NCBI GenBank assembly: GCA_947588845.1
Contig: CANQAR010000006.1
Coordinates: 3,903 to 67,902, forward strand
Direction: 5' to 3'
Length of the DNA: 64,000 nucleotides
Source: an uncultured Lachnospiraceae bacterium
GTDB taxonomy: Bacteria > Bacillota > Clostridia > Lachnospirales > Lachnospiraceae
Below the pieces are notes generated by a model that searched no databases, was not told where the DNA came from, and worked only from the letters and a program-made list of their open reading frames with translations. Below, in pieces: positions 28,535-38,708 of this stretch. Every line of letters begins with the position of its first letter. The stretch's first letter is position 1. Made by a program: the position numbers and the translations under genes.

Positions 28535-30182
28535 ATGGGGGGATGAGCCGATGCCGGATTTGTATGAATTGCTGAGGGAATACAGCAGCCAGGACTATTA
28601 TCCGTTCCATATGCCGGGCCACAAGCGGAACATCCGTTATTTTCAGGATGCGTTTGCGATCGATATCACGGAAATCGACGGGTTTGATAACCTTCATCAT
28701 GCAGAGGGGATCCTGCTGGAGGCGGAGAAGAGAGCCGCCCGGCTGTACGGCGCGGAGGAAACGCATTATCTTGTAAACGGAAGCACGGCAGGGATTCTGT
28801 CGGCCATATCGGCATGTTCGCGGCGCGGCGGCCGTATTTTAATGGCGAGAAACTGCCACAAATCCGCATATCATGCGGTATTTTTGAATGGTCTTCATGT
28901 GGTATGGCTTTATCCGGACACGGATATGGTCCGGGGAATTTACGGGAGTGTTGATCCGGCAAAGGTGCGGGCGCTTCTGGAACAAAATCCCGGAGTATCC
29001 GCTGTTTTTTTGACCTCTCCAACTTATGACGGGGTAGCGTCGGATATCCGGGCGATTGCCGCCGAGGCCCATGAACATGGAGCAGTTCTGATTGTTGACG
29101 AGGCGCACGGGGCGCATTTTGCGATGCATTCGTATTTTCCCGAATCAGCGGTCTCCTGCGGCGCGGACATTGTCATAAACAGTATCCACAAGACTATGCC
29201 GTCGCTGACCCAGACGGCGCTGATTCATGTCTGCGGACCGCGCGCAGACCGTGTCAGGCTGAAGAAATATCTTGGGATTTATCAGAGCAGCAGTCCGAGC
29301 TACGTCCTGATGGCGGGAATCGACTGCTGCGTCAATATGATGGCAGACCGCGGAGAAGAGTTGTTTGAGCTGTTCTGCAGGAGGATCGATTCGGTACGCG
29401 GCTGTCTGTCAAAAATGAAAAAGCTGCATCTTGTCACCGGGACGGAGGAAGAGCTTTTCTGTTATAAGTATGACCGGTCCAGGATTCTGATCTCGACGGA
29501 GAATTGTGAAATCGGAGGGCGGGAACTGTACCGGCGCCTTCTTGACCGGTACCATATCCAGGCGGAGATGGCGGCGGAACATTATGTGACGTTCCTCACC
29601 TCTGTTGCGGATACGCAGGAAGGATTTGACCGGCTGTGCGGAGCGCTGCTGGAGATTGATGCGGAGCTGTGCGCAGGTGATTCCACCGGGAAAGAGCTGA
29701 AGCGGGGGAGTGGAGTTATTCCGGAAAGTGGAAGGGAATCCGGCTCCACCGGGAAAGAGCTGAAGCGAGGGAGTGAGGCTATTCCGGAAAGTGGAAGGGA
29801 AGCCGACTCCACCGGGACCGGGACACGACCAGGACATGAAACTGTTCAGGAAAGTGGAAAGGAAGACGCCTCCGCCGGAGAGGAGCAGGCTGCACGGTTC
29901 GCTCCCGGGCTTCCAAATGAGGAAGTCCTGAACCTTGAAGAGGCGGAAAACGCCGAAAAACACAGGATGCCTCTCTGGAAAAGCGCAGGCCGGGTATCAG
30001 GGGAATATATTTATCTCTATCCGCCCGGAATCCCGCTTCTGATTCCGGGAGAGCGGATCACGCAGCGACTTCTTGACCGGCTGGATGGTTTTCGCAGGCA
30101 GGGATTTGAGCTGCAGGGGCTGGACGATTATTCTGGCGAGACGATCCTTGTGGTCTGTGAAGCGGCGCAGGGACAGCGCTGA
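28535..30182 (+). CDS. Orn/Lys/Arg decarboxylase family PLP enzyme (YaaO-like) with tandem-repeat insert
   Basis: YPFHMPGHKRN N-terminal motif and SIHKT PLP-lysine motif. Sits in the yaaO position upstream of holB-yaaT. Start set at ATG 28535 behind AGGAG; ATG 28551 is an alternative. Confidence 0.8.
29682..29870 (+). repeat. 3 x 63-bp in-frame tandem repeat
   Basis: Units start at 29682, 29745 and 29808. The first two are nearly identical (STGKELKRGSGVIPESGRESG / STGKELKRGSEAIPESGREAD) and the third has diverged. Confidence 0.9.
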
Positions 30183-30293
30183 CTGAAACAGTGGATAGCT
30201 TATAAAGTGCGGGACATCATCAGAAACGGAGTGGAGAGCGAGTCTCGAATCAGACCGAATTTTCGGGGAGCGTACAGACGGAGAACAGGAACA

Positions 30294-30899
30294 ATGGGAA
30301 AACTATTTTACATAATGGGAAAGAGTGCGTCCGGCAAGGACAGCATCTATGCGGAGCTTCTTTCCCGGCAGGAGCTGGGACTGAAATCTCTCATAATCTA
30401 TACAACGCGTCCAATCCGCGCTCATGAGACGGACGGTGTGGAATATCATTTTGTGGATGAGACGCGCATGCGTCAGATGGAGAAGGAAGGAGTCATCATT
30501 GAACTGAGGATCTACCATACGGTACAGGGTCCCTGGTATTATTTTACGGCGGACGATGAAAGCATCAGACTGGAGGACAGCAGTTATCTGGCGCTTGGCA
30601 CGCTGGAATCTTACCAGAAGCTGCGCCGGTATTATGGAGAGGACAAAGTTGTCCCCATTTACATTGAGGTGGAGGATGGAGAGCGCCTGTCGCGGGCGCT
30701 TTGCCGCGAGCGCAGAGAGGATTCCCCGGATTATGAGGAAATGTGCCGCCGCTTTCTGGCGGACCAGAAGGATTTTTCAGAGGAAAATATCCGCAGGGCG
30801 GGTATTTCGCACAGATTTTACAACCGTGTGCAGGAAGACTGCGCGGAAGAAATCGCGGATTACGTGCTGCAGTTTACGCTGCCACCAAGCCCGAGGTGA
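30294..30899 (+). CDS. guanylate-kinase-like P-loop kinase
   Basis: GKSASGKD P-loop and TTRPIRAHETDGVEYHFV signature. Start ATG 30294 within ORF 30207..30899. Confidence 0.7.
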   Translation: MGKLFYIMGKSASGKDSIYAELLSRQELGLKSLIIYTTRPIRAHETDGVEYHFVDETRMRQMEKEGVIIELRIYHTVQGPWYYFTADDESIRLEDSSYLALGTLESYQKLRRYYGEDKVVPIYIEVEDGERLSRALCRERREDSPDYEEMCRRFLADQKDFSEENIRRAGISHRFYNRVQEDCAEEIADYVLQFTLPPSPR

Positions 30900-31081
30900 T
30901 GTTACGTTCACGACCTGCAGGGAGAGTGAACAGCAGTCGTTACTGTTCATTCCGTGACCAGCAGCCATTTTTGTGTAACAGTGATTGGCAAGGAACAGCT
31001 TTTCATGCTGCTCAAATTATGATATACTGAAAAACAGGGGAATACAATTTGTTGTTGTTTCTCTCTCAGGGGGAGTGAGCA

Positions 31082-32176
31082 ATGACTGCTGTTTGCCCTG
31101 ATATTTTTACGACAGAGAGCTGCTGCTCATCTTGTGTGCGCAGCGGCTGCAGAAACAACAGAGGGAGGTGCATTGTTGTGACAGAGCTGAAGGATATCAT
31201 CGGACGTGAACAGATCAAACGGCAGCTGATGCATGTGATCGAGACCGGAAAGGTCGGGCATGCCTATATGTTCAGCGGCGAGAAAGGATGCGGAAAGAAA
31301 GCGCTGGCATCAGCGTGGGCGATGGCGCTGCAATGTACAGGGCAGGGGACGGTTCCCTGCGGCGAGTGCCATTCTTGCAGACAGGCAAAAAGCGGGAATC
31401 ATCCCGATATTATTTATGTTACCCATGAGAAGCCGGGAAGCATCGGGATTGACGATGTCCGGGAGCAGCTGGTCGGAGATGTACAGATCCGTCCGTACAG
31501 CGGGAAATACAAGATCTATATAATTCCGGAGGCGGAGAAGATGACGGTTCAGGCGCAGAACGCGATTCTCAAAACGATCGAGGAACCGCCGGAGTATGCG
31601 GTGATTATCCTGCTGACGACGAATGAACAGCATTTTCTGGATACAATCCGTTCCAGATGCGTGATTCTGCCCATGAAGCCGGTCCCGGACAAACAGGTAA
31701 AGGAATACCTGATGGAGCATATACAGATTCCGGATTATCAGGCGGATATCTGCGTGGCCTTTGCGCAGGGAAATATCGGAAAGGCAATCCGGCTGGCTTC
31801 CTCGGAGGATTTCAACGCGATCAAGTCCGCGGCGATGCATCTGATCCAGAATGCCGGGAAAATGGAGCTTTACGAGATTGTGGAAGCGGTGAAAGGAATT
31901 CAGGAATTCAAGCTTTCCATCCAGGATTATCTGGACATTCTTGCGCTCTGGTACCGCGATATGGTATATTTCAAGGCGACCAGAGACGTGAACGCGATTG
32001 TGTTCAAAGACCAGATTCGCAATATCCAGGAAACGGTAAATATCTGCTCTTATGAGGGAGTGGAGGAAGTCATGAAGGCGATTGAGTGTGCCAAGGCGCG
32101 TCTCGATGCAAATGTAAATTTTGAACTGACGATGGAACTGCTGTTCCTCGTAATTAAGGAGAACATGCATGATTAA
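31082..32176 (+). CDS. holB: DNA polymerase III delta' subunit
   Basis: GHAYMFSGEKGCGKKALA and Zn-module CGECHSCRQAKSGNHPD. Two plausible starts: ATG 31082 (RBS GGGGGAG, adds a 32-aa Cys-rich extension) or GTG 31178 (RBS GGGAGG). Confidence 0.85.
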   Translation: MTAVCPDIFTTESCCSSCVRSGCRNNRGRCIVVTELKDIIGREQIKRQLMHVIETGKVGHAYMFSGEKGCGKKALASAWAMALQCTGQGTVPCGECHSCRQAKSGNHPDIIYVTHEKPGSIGIDDVREQLVGDVQIRPYSGKYKIYIIPEAEKMTVQAQNAILKTIEEPPEYAVIILLTTNEQHFLDTIRSRCVILPMKPVPDKQVKEYLMEHIQIPDYQADICVAFAQGNIGKAIRLASSEDFNAIKSAAMHLIQNAGKMELYEIVEAVKGIQEFKLSIQDYLDILALWYRDMVYFKATRDVNAIVFKDQIRNIQETVNICSYEGVEEVMKAIECAKARLDANVNFELTMELLFLVIKENMHD

Positions 32177-33101
32177 GATAGTTGGCGTAAGATTCAGGAA
32201 CGCGGGCAAAGTGTATTACTTTGACCCGAAAGGGTACAGGATCAGTCCGAAGGATCACGTGATCGTGGAAACAGCGCGCGGAGTGGAATACGGGACTGTG
32301 GTAGGCGGAGTCAGGGAGGTGGAGGAGGAGAAAGTCGTTCAGCCTCTCAAACCGGTCATCCGCGTCGCCACGCCGGAGGACGATGAGCGGGCGCAGAAGA
32401 ACCGTCTGCGTGAGAAGGACGCAATGGTGATCTGCCAGGAGAAAATTCAGAAGCACGGGCTTGAGATGAAGCTGATCGACGCGGAATATACGTTTGACAA
32501 CAATAAAGTTCTGTTCTATTTTACGGCGGATGGACGGATTGATTTCCGCGAGCTGGTTAAAGATCTGGCGGCGGTATTTAAGATGAGGATTGAGCTCCGC
32601 CAGATCGGCGTCCGCGATGAGACAAAGATCCTGGGCGGCGTGGGCATCTGCGGGCGGCCGCTGTGCTGCCATACGTTTCTTTCTGAGTTTGCCCCGGTAT
32701 CGATCAAGATGGCGAAGGAGCAGAATCTGTCCCTGAATCCCACAAAGATTTCCGGCGTCTGCGGCCGTCTGATGTGCTGTCTCAAGAATGAGGAAGAGAC
32801 TTATGAGTATCTGAACAGCCGGCTGCCGAATGTGGGCGAGCAGGTGACGACTGTGGGAGGCGTCAGGGGCGAGGTGCACAGTGTGAATGTGCTCCGTCAG
32901 AAGGTACGCCTCCTGGTCGATGTAAACGATGAGAAAGAGCTGCTGGAGTACGATGTCAGGGATCTGAGATTCCGGCCGAAACGCCGCAAGGACAAAGGAA
33001 AAGGCAGGGAGAAAGAGAAAGACGCCGCGCTGGAGAAAGAGCTGAAACAGCTGGAAGCTCTCGAAAAGAAAGAAGGGAAGTCGAAGCTGGATGACGATTG
33101 A
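32169..33101 (+). CDS. ricT: PSP1-domain protein YaaT/RicT
   Basis: PSP1 core with Cys cluster (CGRPLCCHTFL, CGRLMCCLKNE). Overlaps the holB stop by 8 nt. Confidence 0.9.
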   Translation: MIKIVGVRFRNAGKVYYFDPKGYRISPKDHVIVETARGVEYGTVVGGVREVEEEKVVQPLKPVIRVATPEDDERAQKNRLREKDAMVICQEKIQKHGLEMKLIDAEYTFDNNKVLFYFTADGRIDFRELVKDLAAVFKMRIELRQIGVRDETKILGGVGICGRPLCCHTFLSEFAPVSIKMAKEQNLSLNPTKISGVCGRLMCCLKNEEETYEYLNSRLPNVGEQVTTVGGVRGEVHSVNVLRQKVRLLVDVNDEKELLEYDVRDLRFRPKRRKDKGKGREKEKDAALEKELKQLEALEKKEGKSKLDDD

Positions 33102-33828
33102 GCTGAAAGAGGGAGAACGCCTGGACGATCTTCAGAGGAACGGCTATCGGATCATACAGAGGGAAGGAAAATTCCGCTTTGGCATGGACGCTGTTCTTCT
33201 GTCCGGATTTGTCCAGGTGAAGCCGCGGGAGACGGTGCTGGATCTCGGCACGGGAACGGGGATTATCCCGATTCTGCTTGAGGCAAAGACACAGGGCCGG
33301 CATTTTACCGGGCTTGAGATTTTTCCCGCGAGCGTTGACATGGCCAGACGCAGCGTTGCGCTGAATGGTCTTGAAGAACGGATTGCGATTGTCCAGGGGG
33401 ATATTAAAGAGGCCGGGAGTCTGTTTGCTCCGGCTTCTTTTGATGTCATTACGTCGAATCCGCCGTACATGACGGGACAGCACGGGCTGACAAATCCGGA
33501 TCTGGAGAAAGCGGCGGCGCGGCATGAGCTGCTGTGCACGCTGGAGGATGTGGTCAGGGCGGCGGCAAAGCTGGTGCGCACAGGCGGAAGATTTTACATG
33601 GTGCACAGGCCGTTCCGGCTGGCGGAGATCATACGGACACTGTCACAGTACAAAATGGAGCCGAAGCGGATGCGGATGGTGCATCCGTTTGCGGACCGGG
33701 AGCCGAATATGGTGCTGATCGAGTCGGTACGTGGCGGCAGACCGAGGATGACGGTGGAACGGCCGCTGATCGTGTTCGAGGAACCGGGGAAGTATACGGC
33801 GGAGATTCAAAATTTGTATGGTTTTTGA
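33091..33828 (+). CDS. SAM-dependent N6-adenine methyltransferase (YabB/TrmN6-like)
   Basis: VLDLGTGTG SAM motif and NPPY catalytic motif. Syntenic position of B. subtilis yabB. Confidence 0.8.
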   Translation: MTIELKEGERLDDLQRNGYRIIQREGKFRFGMDAVLLSGFVQVKPRETVLDLGTGTGIIPILLEAKTQGRHFTGLEIFPASVDMARRSVALNGLEERIAIVQGDIKEAGSLFAPASFDVITSNPPYMTGQHGLTNPDLEKAAARHELLCTLEDVVRAAAKLVRTGGRFYMVHRPFRLAEIIRTLSQYKMEPKRMRMVHPFADREPNMVLIESVRGGRPRMTVERPLIVFEEPGKYTAEIQNLYGF

Positions 33829-34033
33829 TGAGAGAGTCCGGATTCCGCGCAAAGTCAGGGGGAAACTGCAGTTTACATCCCCACTGAATTTCGAGGAGAT
33901 TTTCGCACATTCTGCGTGGGAAGTGAGCAGTAAGACATGCAGACATGTCTGTTGGCGAACGCTGCGGACAACCATGAAATGATCAGAGAGAATTTCATGG
34001 GCTGCGCGGGTATCTGGAGAAAGGGGACAGATT

Positions 34034-34876
34034 ATGGAGCAGGGCAGACTGTATCTCTGCGCGACGCCGATCGGAAATCTTGAGGATATCACGTTCCGGG
34101 TCGTGCGGACTTTGAAGGAGGCGGATCTGATCGCGGCGGAGGATACGCGCAACAGCATAAAGCTGCTGAATCATTTTGAGATAAAGACGCCGCTCACGAG
34201 CTATCATGAATACAACCGGATCGAGAAGGCGCATGTCCTGATACAGAAGATGCGCGAGGGGAAGAAAGTGGCTCTGATCACGGACGCCGGGACGCCGGGG
34301 ATCTCGGATCCCGGGGAAGATCTGGTGCGGCTCTGCATGGAGGCGGGGATTGAGGTGACTTCGCTGCCGGGAGCCTGCGCCTGTGTGACCGCGCTCACGC
34401 TGTCCGGTCTGCCGACGAGGCGTTTCTGTTTCGAGGCGTTTCTTCCGCAGGAGAAAAAGGAGAAGCAGGAAATCCTGGAAGAACTGAAGGAAGAAACGCG
34501 GACGGTCATTTTGTACGAGGCGCCGCACCGTCTGAAAAAGACGCTGCAGGAGCTGTACGGGGCGCTCGGGGAGCGGAGGATCACGATCTGTCGGGAGCTG
34601 ACAAAGAAGCATGAGACGGTCTTTGCGTCGACGCTGTCGGAAGCGCTCGCCTTTTATGAGCAGAACGAACCCAGAGGCGAGTGCGTGATCGTGATGGAGG
34701 GGCGCAGCCGTCAGGAGCTCCGCCGCGAGGAGCAGAAAAAATGGGAGGAGCTGAGCGTGCAAGAGCATGTGGAACACTATGAGGCGCTTGGCATGGACCG
34801 GAAGGAGGCAATGAAGCAGGCGGCGAAGGACCGCGGTGTTTCCAAACGGGAGATTTATGCATATTTAACAAAATAG
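34034..34876 (+). CDS. rsmI: 16S rRNA (cytidine1402-2'-O)-methyltransferase
   Basis: LYLCATPIGNLEDITFRVVRTLKEADLIAAEDTR N-terminus, a tetrapyrrole-methylase-fold signature. Confidence 0.9.
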   Translation: MEQGRLYLCATPIGNLEDITFRVVRTLKEADLIAAEDTRNSIKLLNHFEIKTPLTSYHEYNRIEKAHVLIQKMREGKKVALITDAGTPGISDPGEDLVRLCMEAGIEVTSLPGACACVTALTLSGLPTRRFCFEAFLPQEKKEKQEILEELKEETRTVILYEAPHRLKKTLQELYGALGERRITICRELTKKHETVFASTLSEALAFYEQNEPRGECVIVMEGRSRQELRREEQKKWEELSVQEHVEHYEALGMDRKEAMKQAAKDRGVSKREIYAYLTK

Positions 34877-34971
34877 TTGGTTTCTTATGACCAGCGATTG
34901 ACATAGATGTTATCCGCATGTTATAGTGAAAATGTAATAACTGGATATTTTTGCCGAAGGAAGGTGGACAA

Positions 34972-35949
34972 ATGGCAACTTTGAAGGATGTCGCCCGCAG
35001 ATCAGGTCTGACTGTCGGAACTGTTTCAAGAGTCCTGAACAACAGAGGATATATCAGTGAACAGACACGTCAGAGGGTGTACGACGTGATGAAGGAGCTG
35101 GATTACCAGCCCAATGAGATGGCGAGATCCCTTTCAAAAAAGAGAAGCAATACGATCGGCGTCATCGTCCCGCATGTTGTGCACCCGTATTTTGCCAAGC
35201 TCATCGGAAGTCTTGAGCAGGCGGCATATGACCGCAAATATAAGATTCTTCTGTTCAATTCCCAGGGGAAGGATGAGAAGGAAGAGGAATATATTGAGAT
35301 GTGCAAGAGCAACCGGGTTGCGGGGGTGATTCTGTGCAGCGATACCTTCCAGACGGACAAGTTCCGGAATCTGAGCTTTCCTCTGATTACGATCGAGCGC
35401 TTTCTCGATGAGGGGACAGCCGGAATTGAGTGCGATAACTACCGGGGAGGCGTACTGGCGGCGGAGCATCTGATTGCAAAAGGGTGTACCAGCCTTCTCC
35501 ATATCGGAGGCATCAGAAATCACCGCAAGCCTGCGGACGAGAGGAAAGAGGGCTTTGAGGATGTCTGCAAAAGAGAGCATATAAAGTATGCGTCGGTAGA
35601 ATCTTCACAGTTTATTTATGATGAGATGGATTATTATTCCAGTATTGACCGTATGCTGGACGAATATCCGGGGACGGACGGCGTATTCGCGAGTTCGGAT
35701 GTGATTGCAGCGCAGGTTCTTCAGGTGTGTGCCAGAAGAGGGCTTCGCGTTCCGGAGCAGATGAAGGTGATCGGGTATGACGATGTGAACGTGGCCTCCC
35801 TCACGACTCCGGATATCACGACGATCCGGCAGCCGGTAAAGGAGATGGCGGAGACGGCAATCGCGATGATCGACCGTGTGGCCGGCGGAGAGATGGTTCC
35901 GTCGCGGAGCTTGTTTCCGGTGACGTTGGTGGAGCGCGGAAGCACCTGA
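34972..35949 (+). CDS. LacI family transcriptional regulator
   Basis: MATLKDVARRSGLTVGTVSRVLNNRGYIS HTH followed by a periplasmic-binding-fold core. Start ATG 34972. Confidence 0.9.
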   Translation: MATLKDVARRSGLTVGTVSRVLNNRGYISEQTRQRVYDVMKELDYQPNEMARSLSKKRSNTIGVIVPHVVHPYFAKLIGSLEQAAYDRKYKILLFNSQGKDEKEEEYIEMCKSNRVAGVILCSDTFQTDKFRNLSFPLITIERFLDEGTAGIECDNYRGGVLAAEHLIAKGCTSLLHIGGIRNHRKPADERKEGFEDVCKREHIKYASVESSQFIYDEMDYYSSIDRMLDEYPGTDGVFASSDVIAAQVLQVCARRGLRVPEQMKVIGYDDVNVASLTTPDITTIRQPVKEMAETAIAMIDRVAGGEMVPSRSLFPVTLVERGST

Positions 35950-36070
35950 GATGTTTTCGTCAAAACCCCATGGTTTTTTGCAAAAACGGTATTCCGGTAT
36001 GGAAAAGTGTGAAAAATGCAGGGCGTTGGTATGTGAAACGGTTAACCTATAAAAATACAAGGGAAAACGT

Positions 36071-36104
36071 ACAGCAGGTTATACAAGACCTGCTGTATGT
36101 TTTT
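36071..36104 (+). terminator. Rho-independent terminator after the LacI-family gene
   Basis: ACAGCAGGT / ACCTGCTGT stem with an 8-nt loop, then ATGTTTTT. Confidence 0.7.
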
Positions 36105-36340
36105 GTCGGAGATGTAGTAAATTAGCAAAGAAATACGTGGTTAACATGACAGGTTTTTCATGAAACCATCTTGAAAATATCAAATTATATAACAAGCAGT
36201 AATCATAAAAATTTTGATTTAATAATAAAAATATTTCAAAAGTATATCAATAAAATATTAAAAATAACCAAAAATGAAAGGCATAATTCGTTGATATGTA
36301 CTAAAAATGAAGAAAAAATCAAAAAATAAATGATAAGTGG

Positions 36341-36370
36341 TTGACATGTAAAAATATCATATGTTAGTAT
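36341..36370 (+). promoter_or_regulatory. promoter of the sugar ABC operon
   Basis: TTGACA (36341-36346), 18-nt spacer, TAGTAT (36365-36370) preceded by TGn. Confidence 0.5.
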
Positions 36371-36413
36371 GTAAAACGAACTGAAAAATATAATTAAAGG
36401 AGGAAAAGGTAAC

Positions 36414-37676
36414 ATGAGAAAGAGGATTTCTTTAGCAATGGCAGCAGCGATGGCACTGTCCGTATCTGCTGTGGGATCCATGCCGGTCATGGCGGCTGAC
36501 GTTTCCATCACAATCTTTAACTCAAAGATGGAAATTCAGAGCCAGATGGAGGAGATGGCTGCGGAATACTCAGAGGCTAAGGGCGTAGACGTTGAGGTTT
36601 ACTATTCAAACGATACGGTAGCGGCTCATCTGGGAACAAGATACGCATCCAACGATCCGTACACGATCTCCATGGTTGACGCGAAAGATATCTATTCACT
36701 CGGCGCAGAGCATGCAGTAGATCTGTCAGGCGAGCAGTGGGTTGAGGACACGACTGAGGAAATCGCGATCGACGGCGCGGTTTACGGATTCCCGGTATGT
36801 GTGGAAGCCCGTGGTCTGATCTACAATGCTGACGCGATCGAAGCAATCACAGGCGAGACTTTCGATCCGACCGCTTACGCGACGCTGGATTCCTTCAAGG
36901 AACTGCTTGCGACGCTGGTAGAGGGCGGCATGGAGTCTCCGGTTGCCATCATGAAAGAGGACTGGTCTCTGGCTGGACACTTCCTTGCTGAGGTTTATGA
37001 GGAGCAGGAAGATGTCGACGCGTTCATCACTTCTCTTCATGAGGGTTCTGCTGACCTGATCAACAATGCGAAGTTCAACGCGAAGATGGACTACTTCGAC
37101 ACCATGATGGAGAACAACTACGCGAAGGATTCCGCAATCGCTGCAGAGCGTGAGGTCAGCGAAATGATGCTGGCAGAAGGACAGGTTGCGTTCATGTTTG
37201 GCGGCAACTGGGACTGGGCAGTCATCAACGCTTATGACTACAGCGAGAACATGGGAATCATGCCGGTTCCGCAGAACACCGAGGACGGCACGAACACCAA
37301 GCTTGAGGGCGGCGGCTCCAAGTATTTCTTCATCGACAACTCCGATAATACGTCTGAGGAGCAGGTACAGGCAGCGAAGGATTTCCTGAACTGGCTGGTA
37401 TATGAGGAAGACGGACAGGATTTCATCGTCAACAAGTGCGCGCTTGTTCCGGCTTACTCAAACATCACTCTGGAAGTTGCTGATCCGCTCGGCGCATCCG
37501 TTAAGGGCTTTGCTGACGCAGGCAACCTGATCCCGAACTACAACTATCTGCCGGATGATCACTATTCAATCTGCGGCGGATTCATGCAGAAATATCTTGC
37601 AGGACAGTCAGACCGTGAGACTCTTGCATCTGAGATCGAGGGCTACTGGTCATCCACGACTCCTGTAGAGCACTAA
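36414..37676 (+). CDS. sugar ABC transporter substrate-binding protein
   Basis: Signal sequence, about 420 aa, family-1 solute-binding style. First gene of the binding-protein and two-permease operon. AAAGGAGG RBS. Confidence 0.85.
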   Translation: MRKRISLAMAAAMALSVSAVGSMPVMAADVSITIFNSKMEIQSQMEEMAAEYSEAKGVDVEVYYSNDTVAAHLGTRYASNDPYTISMVDAKDIYSLGAEHAVDLSGEQWVEDTTEEIAIDGAVYGFPVCVEARGLIYNADAIEAITGETFDPTAYATLDSFKELLATLVEGGMESPVAIMKEDWSLAGHFLAEVYEEQEDVDAFITSLHEGSADLINNAKFNAKMDYFDTMMENNYAKDSAIAAEREVSEMMLAEGQVAFMFGGNWDWAVINAYDYSENMGIMPVPQNTEDGTNTKLEGGGSKYFFIDNSDNTSEEQVQAAKDFLNWLVYEEDGQDFIVNKCALVPAYSNITLEVADPLGASVKGFADAGNLIPNYNYLPDDHYSICGGFMQKYLAGQSDRETLASEIEGYWSSTTPVEH

Positions 37677-37746
37677 AAACTTTTGAAGAGGATAAGGATA
37701 TATTATTGACAAAAGGGAGCCGGCTTTATGCCGGCCCCCCTGTGAC

Positions 37747-37792
37747 ACAGCCATATGCTTTGCGCGTAAGAAGAGGCTATGGCTGTTTTTTT
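37747..37792 (+). terminator. intra-operon terminator/attenuator after the binding-protein gene
   Basis: ACAGCCATA / TATGGCTGT stem followed by TTTTTTT. Confidence 0.65.
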
Positions 37793-37826
37793 ACCTTGTG
37801 AACATCATTGAGGGGGAAAAGAAAGT

Positions 37827-38708
37827 ATGAAGAAAAATACCATGTCATACAAAACAAGCCAGTTCCTCATGTTCGCGGGACCGGCGGCCGTCCTGTTCAT
37901 CGGCGTCGTCGTTTTCCCGTTTATTTACGGCTTGTATCTGACATTCACCAGCTGGGACGGCGTTTCCAGAGAGAAGCCGTTCGTAGGACTTGCCAATTAT
38001 ATCGCTGCTTTCCAGGATAAAGCATACTGGCAGGCGCTTGGCAGAACGATGATTTATTCCGTCATCGCAGTTATTTTTGTTAACGTAGTCGCATTTCTTC
38101 TGGCATACCTTGTAACGAGCGGAATCAAGGGACAGAACTTCTTCCGTGCCGGATTCTTCATCCCGAACCTGATCGGCGGTATCGTTCTTGGTTATGTCTG
38201 GAAATTCGTATTCAACCGCGCGCTTGTCTCCATCGGCACAGCGATCGGTTCAGGAGCTCTCTCCACATCATGGCTGGCAACGACCAACGGCGCGATGGCC
38301 TGCCTGATCATCGTTTCCGTATGGCAGTACGCGGGCTACATGATGCTGATCTATGTAGCAGGCTTCATGAGCGTTTCCAAGAGCCTTATGGAAGCGGCTC
38401 AGATTGACGGCTGCACGCAGTCTCAGTCTACCTGGTACGTGACAGTTCCTCTTATGAGAGCTTCTTTCGTACAGTGTCTGTTCCTCACGATCACACGCTG
38501 CTTCATGGTTTATGATGTAAACCTTTCATTGACAAACGGCGAGCCGTTCGGATCATCCGTCATGGCGGCCATGCACGTGTACAATTCCGCGTTTACATAT
38601 AGAAGATACGGCGCAGGCCAGGCAGAGGCCCTGATCCTGTTCATCGTATGTGCGATCGTAGGTGTAACTCAGGTTTATGTAGGTAAGAAAGGGGAGGTGG
38701 CAGCATAA
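37827..38708 (+). CDS. carbohydrate ABC transporter permease (MalF/UgpA-like)
   Basis: Six TM segments. EAA-like loop MEAAQIDGCTQSQSTWYVTVPLM. Confidence 0.9.
   Translation: MKKNTMSYKTSQFLMFAGPAAVLFIGVVVFPFIYGLYLTFTSWDGVSREKPFVGLANYIAAFQDKAYWQALGRTMIYSVIAVIFVNVVAFLLAYLVTSGIKGQNFFRAGFFIPNLIGGIVLGYVWKFVFNRALVSIGTAIGSGALSTSWLATTNGAMACLIIVSVWQYAGYMMLIYVAGFMSVSKSLMEAAQIDGCTQSQSTWYVTVPLMRASFVQCLFLTITRCFMVYDVNLSLTNGEPFGSSVMAAMHVYNSAFTYRRYGAGQAEALILFIVCAIVGVTQVYVGKKGEVAA

Noticed and set aside
31310-34777. Long minus-strand ORFs (31310..32209, 32154..32879, 32956..33606, 33995..34777).
   Set aside because: Each is antisense to a motif-supported plus-strand gene (holB, ricT, the methyltransferase or rsmI) and is Arg/His/Pro-rich without an RBS.
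36236-36511. 91-aa minus-strand ORF.
   Set aside because: It runs antisense through the promoter, RBS and signal-peptide region of the binding-protein gene. Its Ile/Phe/Leu-rich composition comes from AT-rich DNA.
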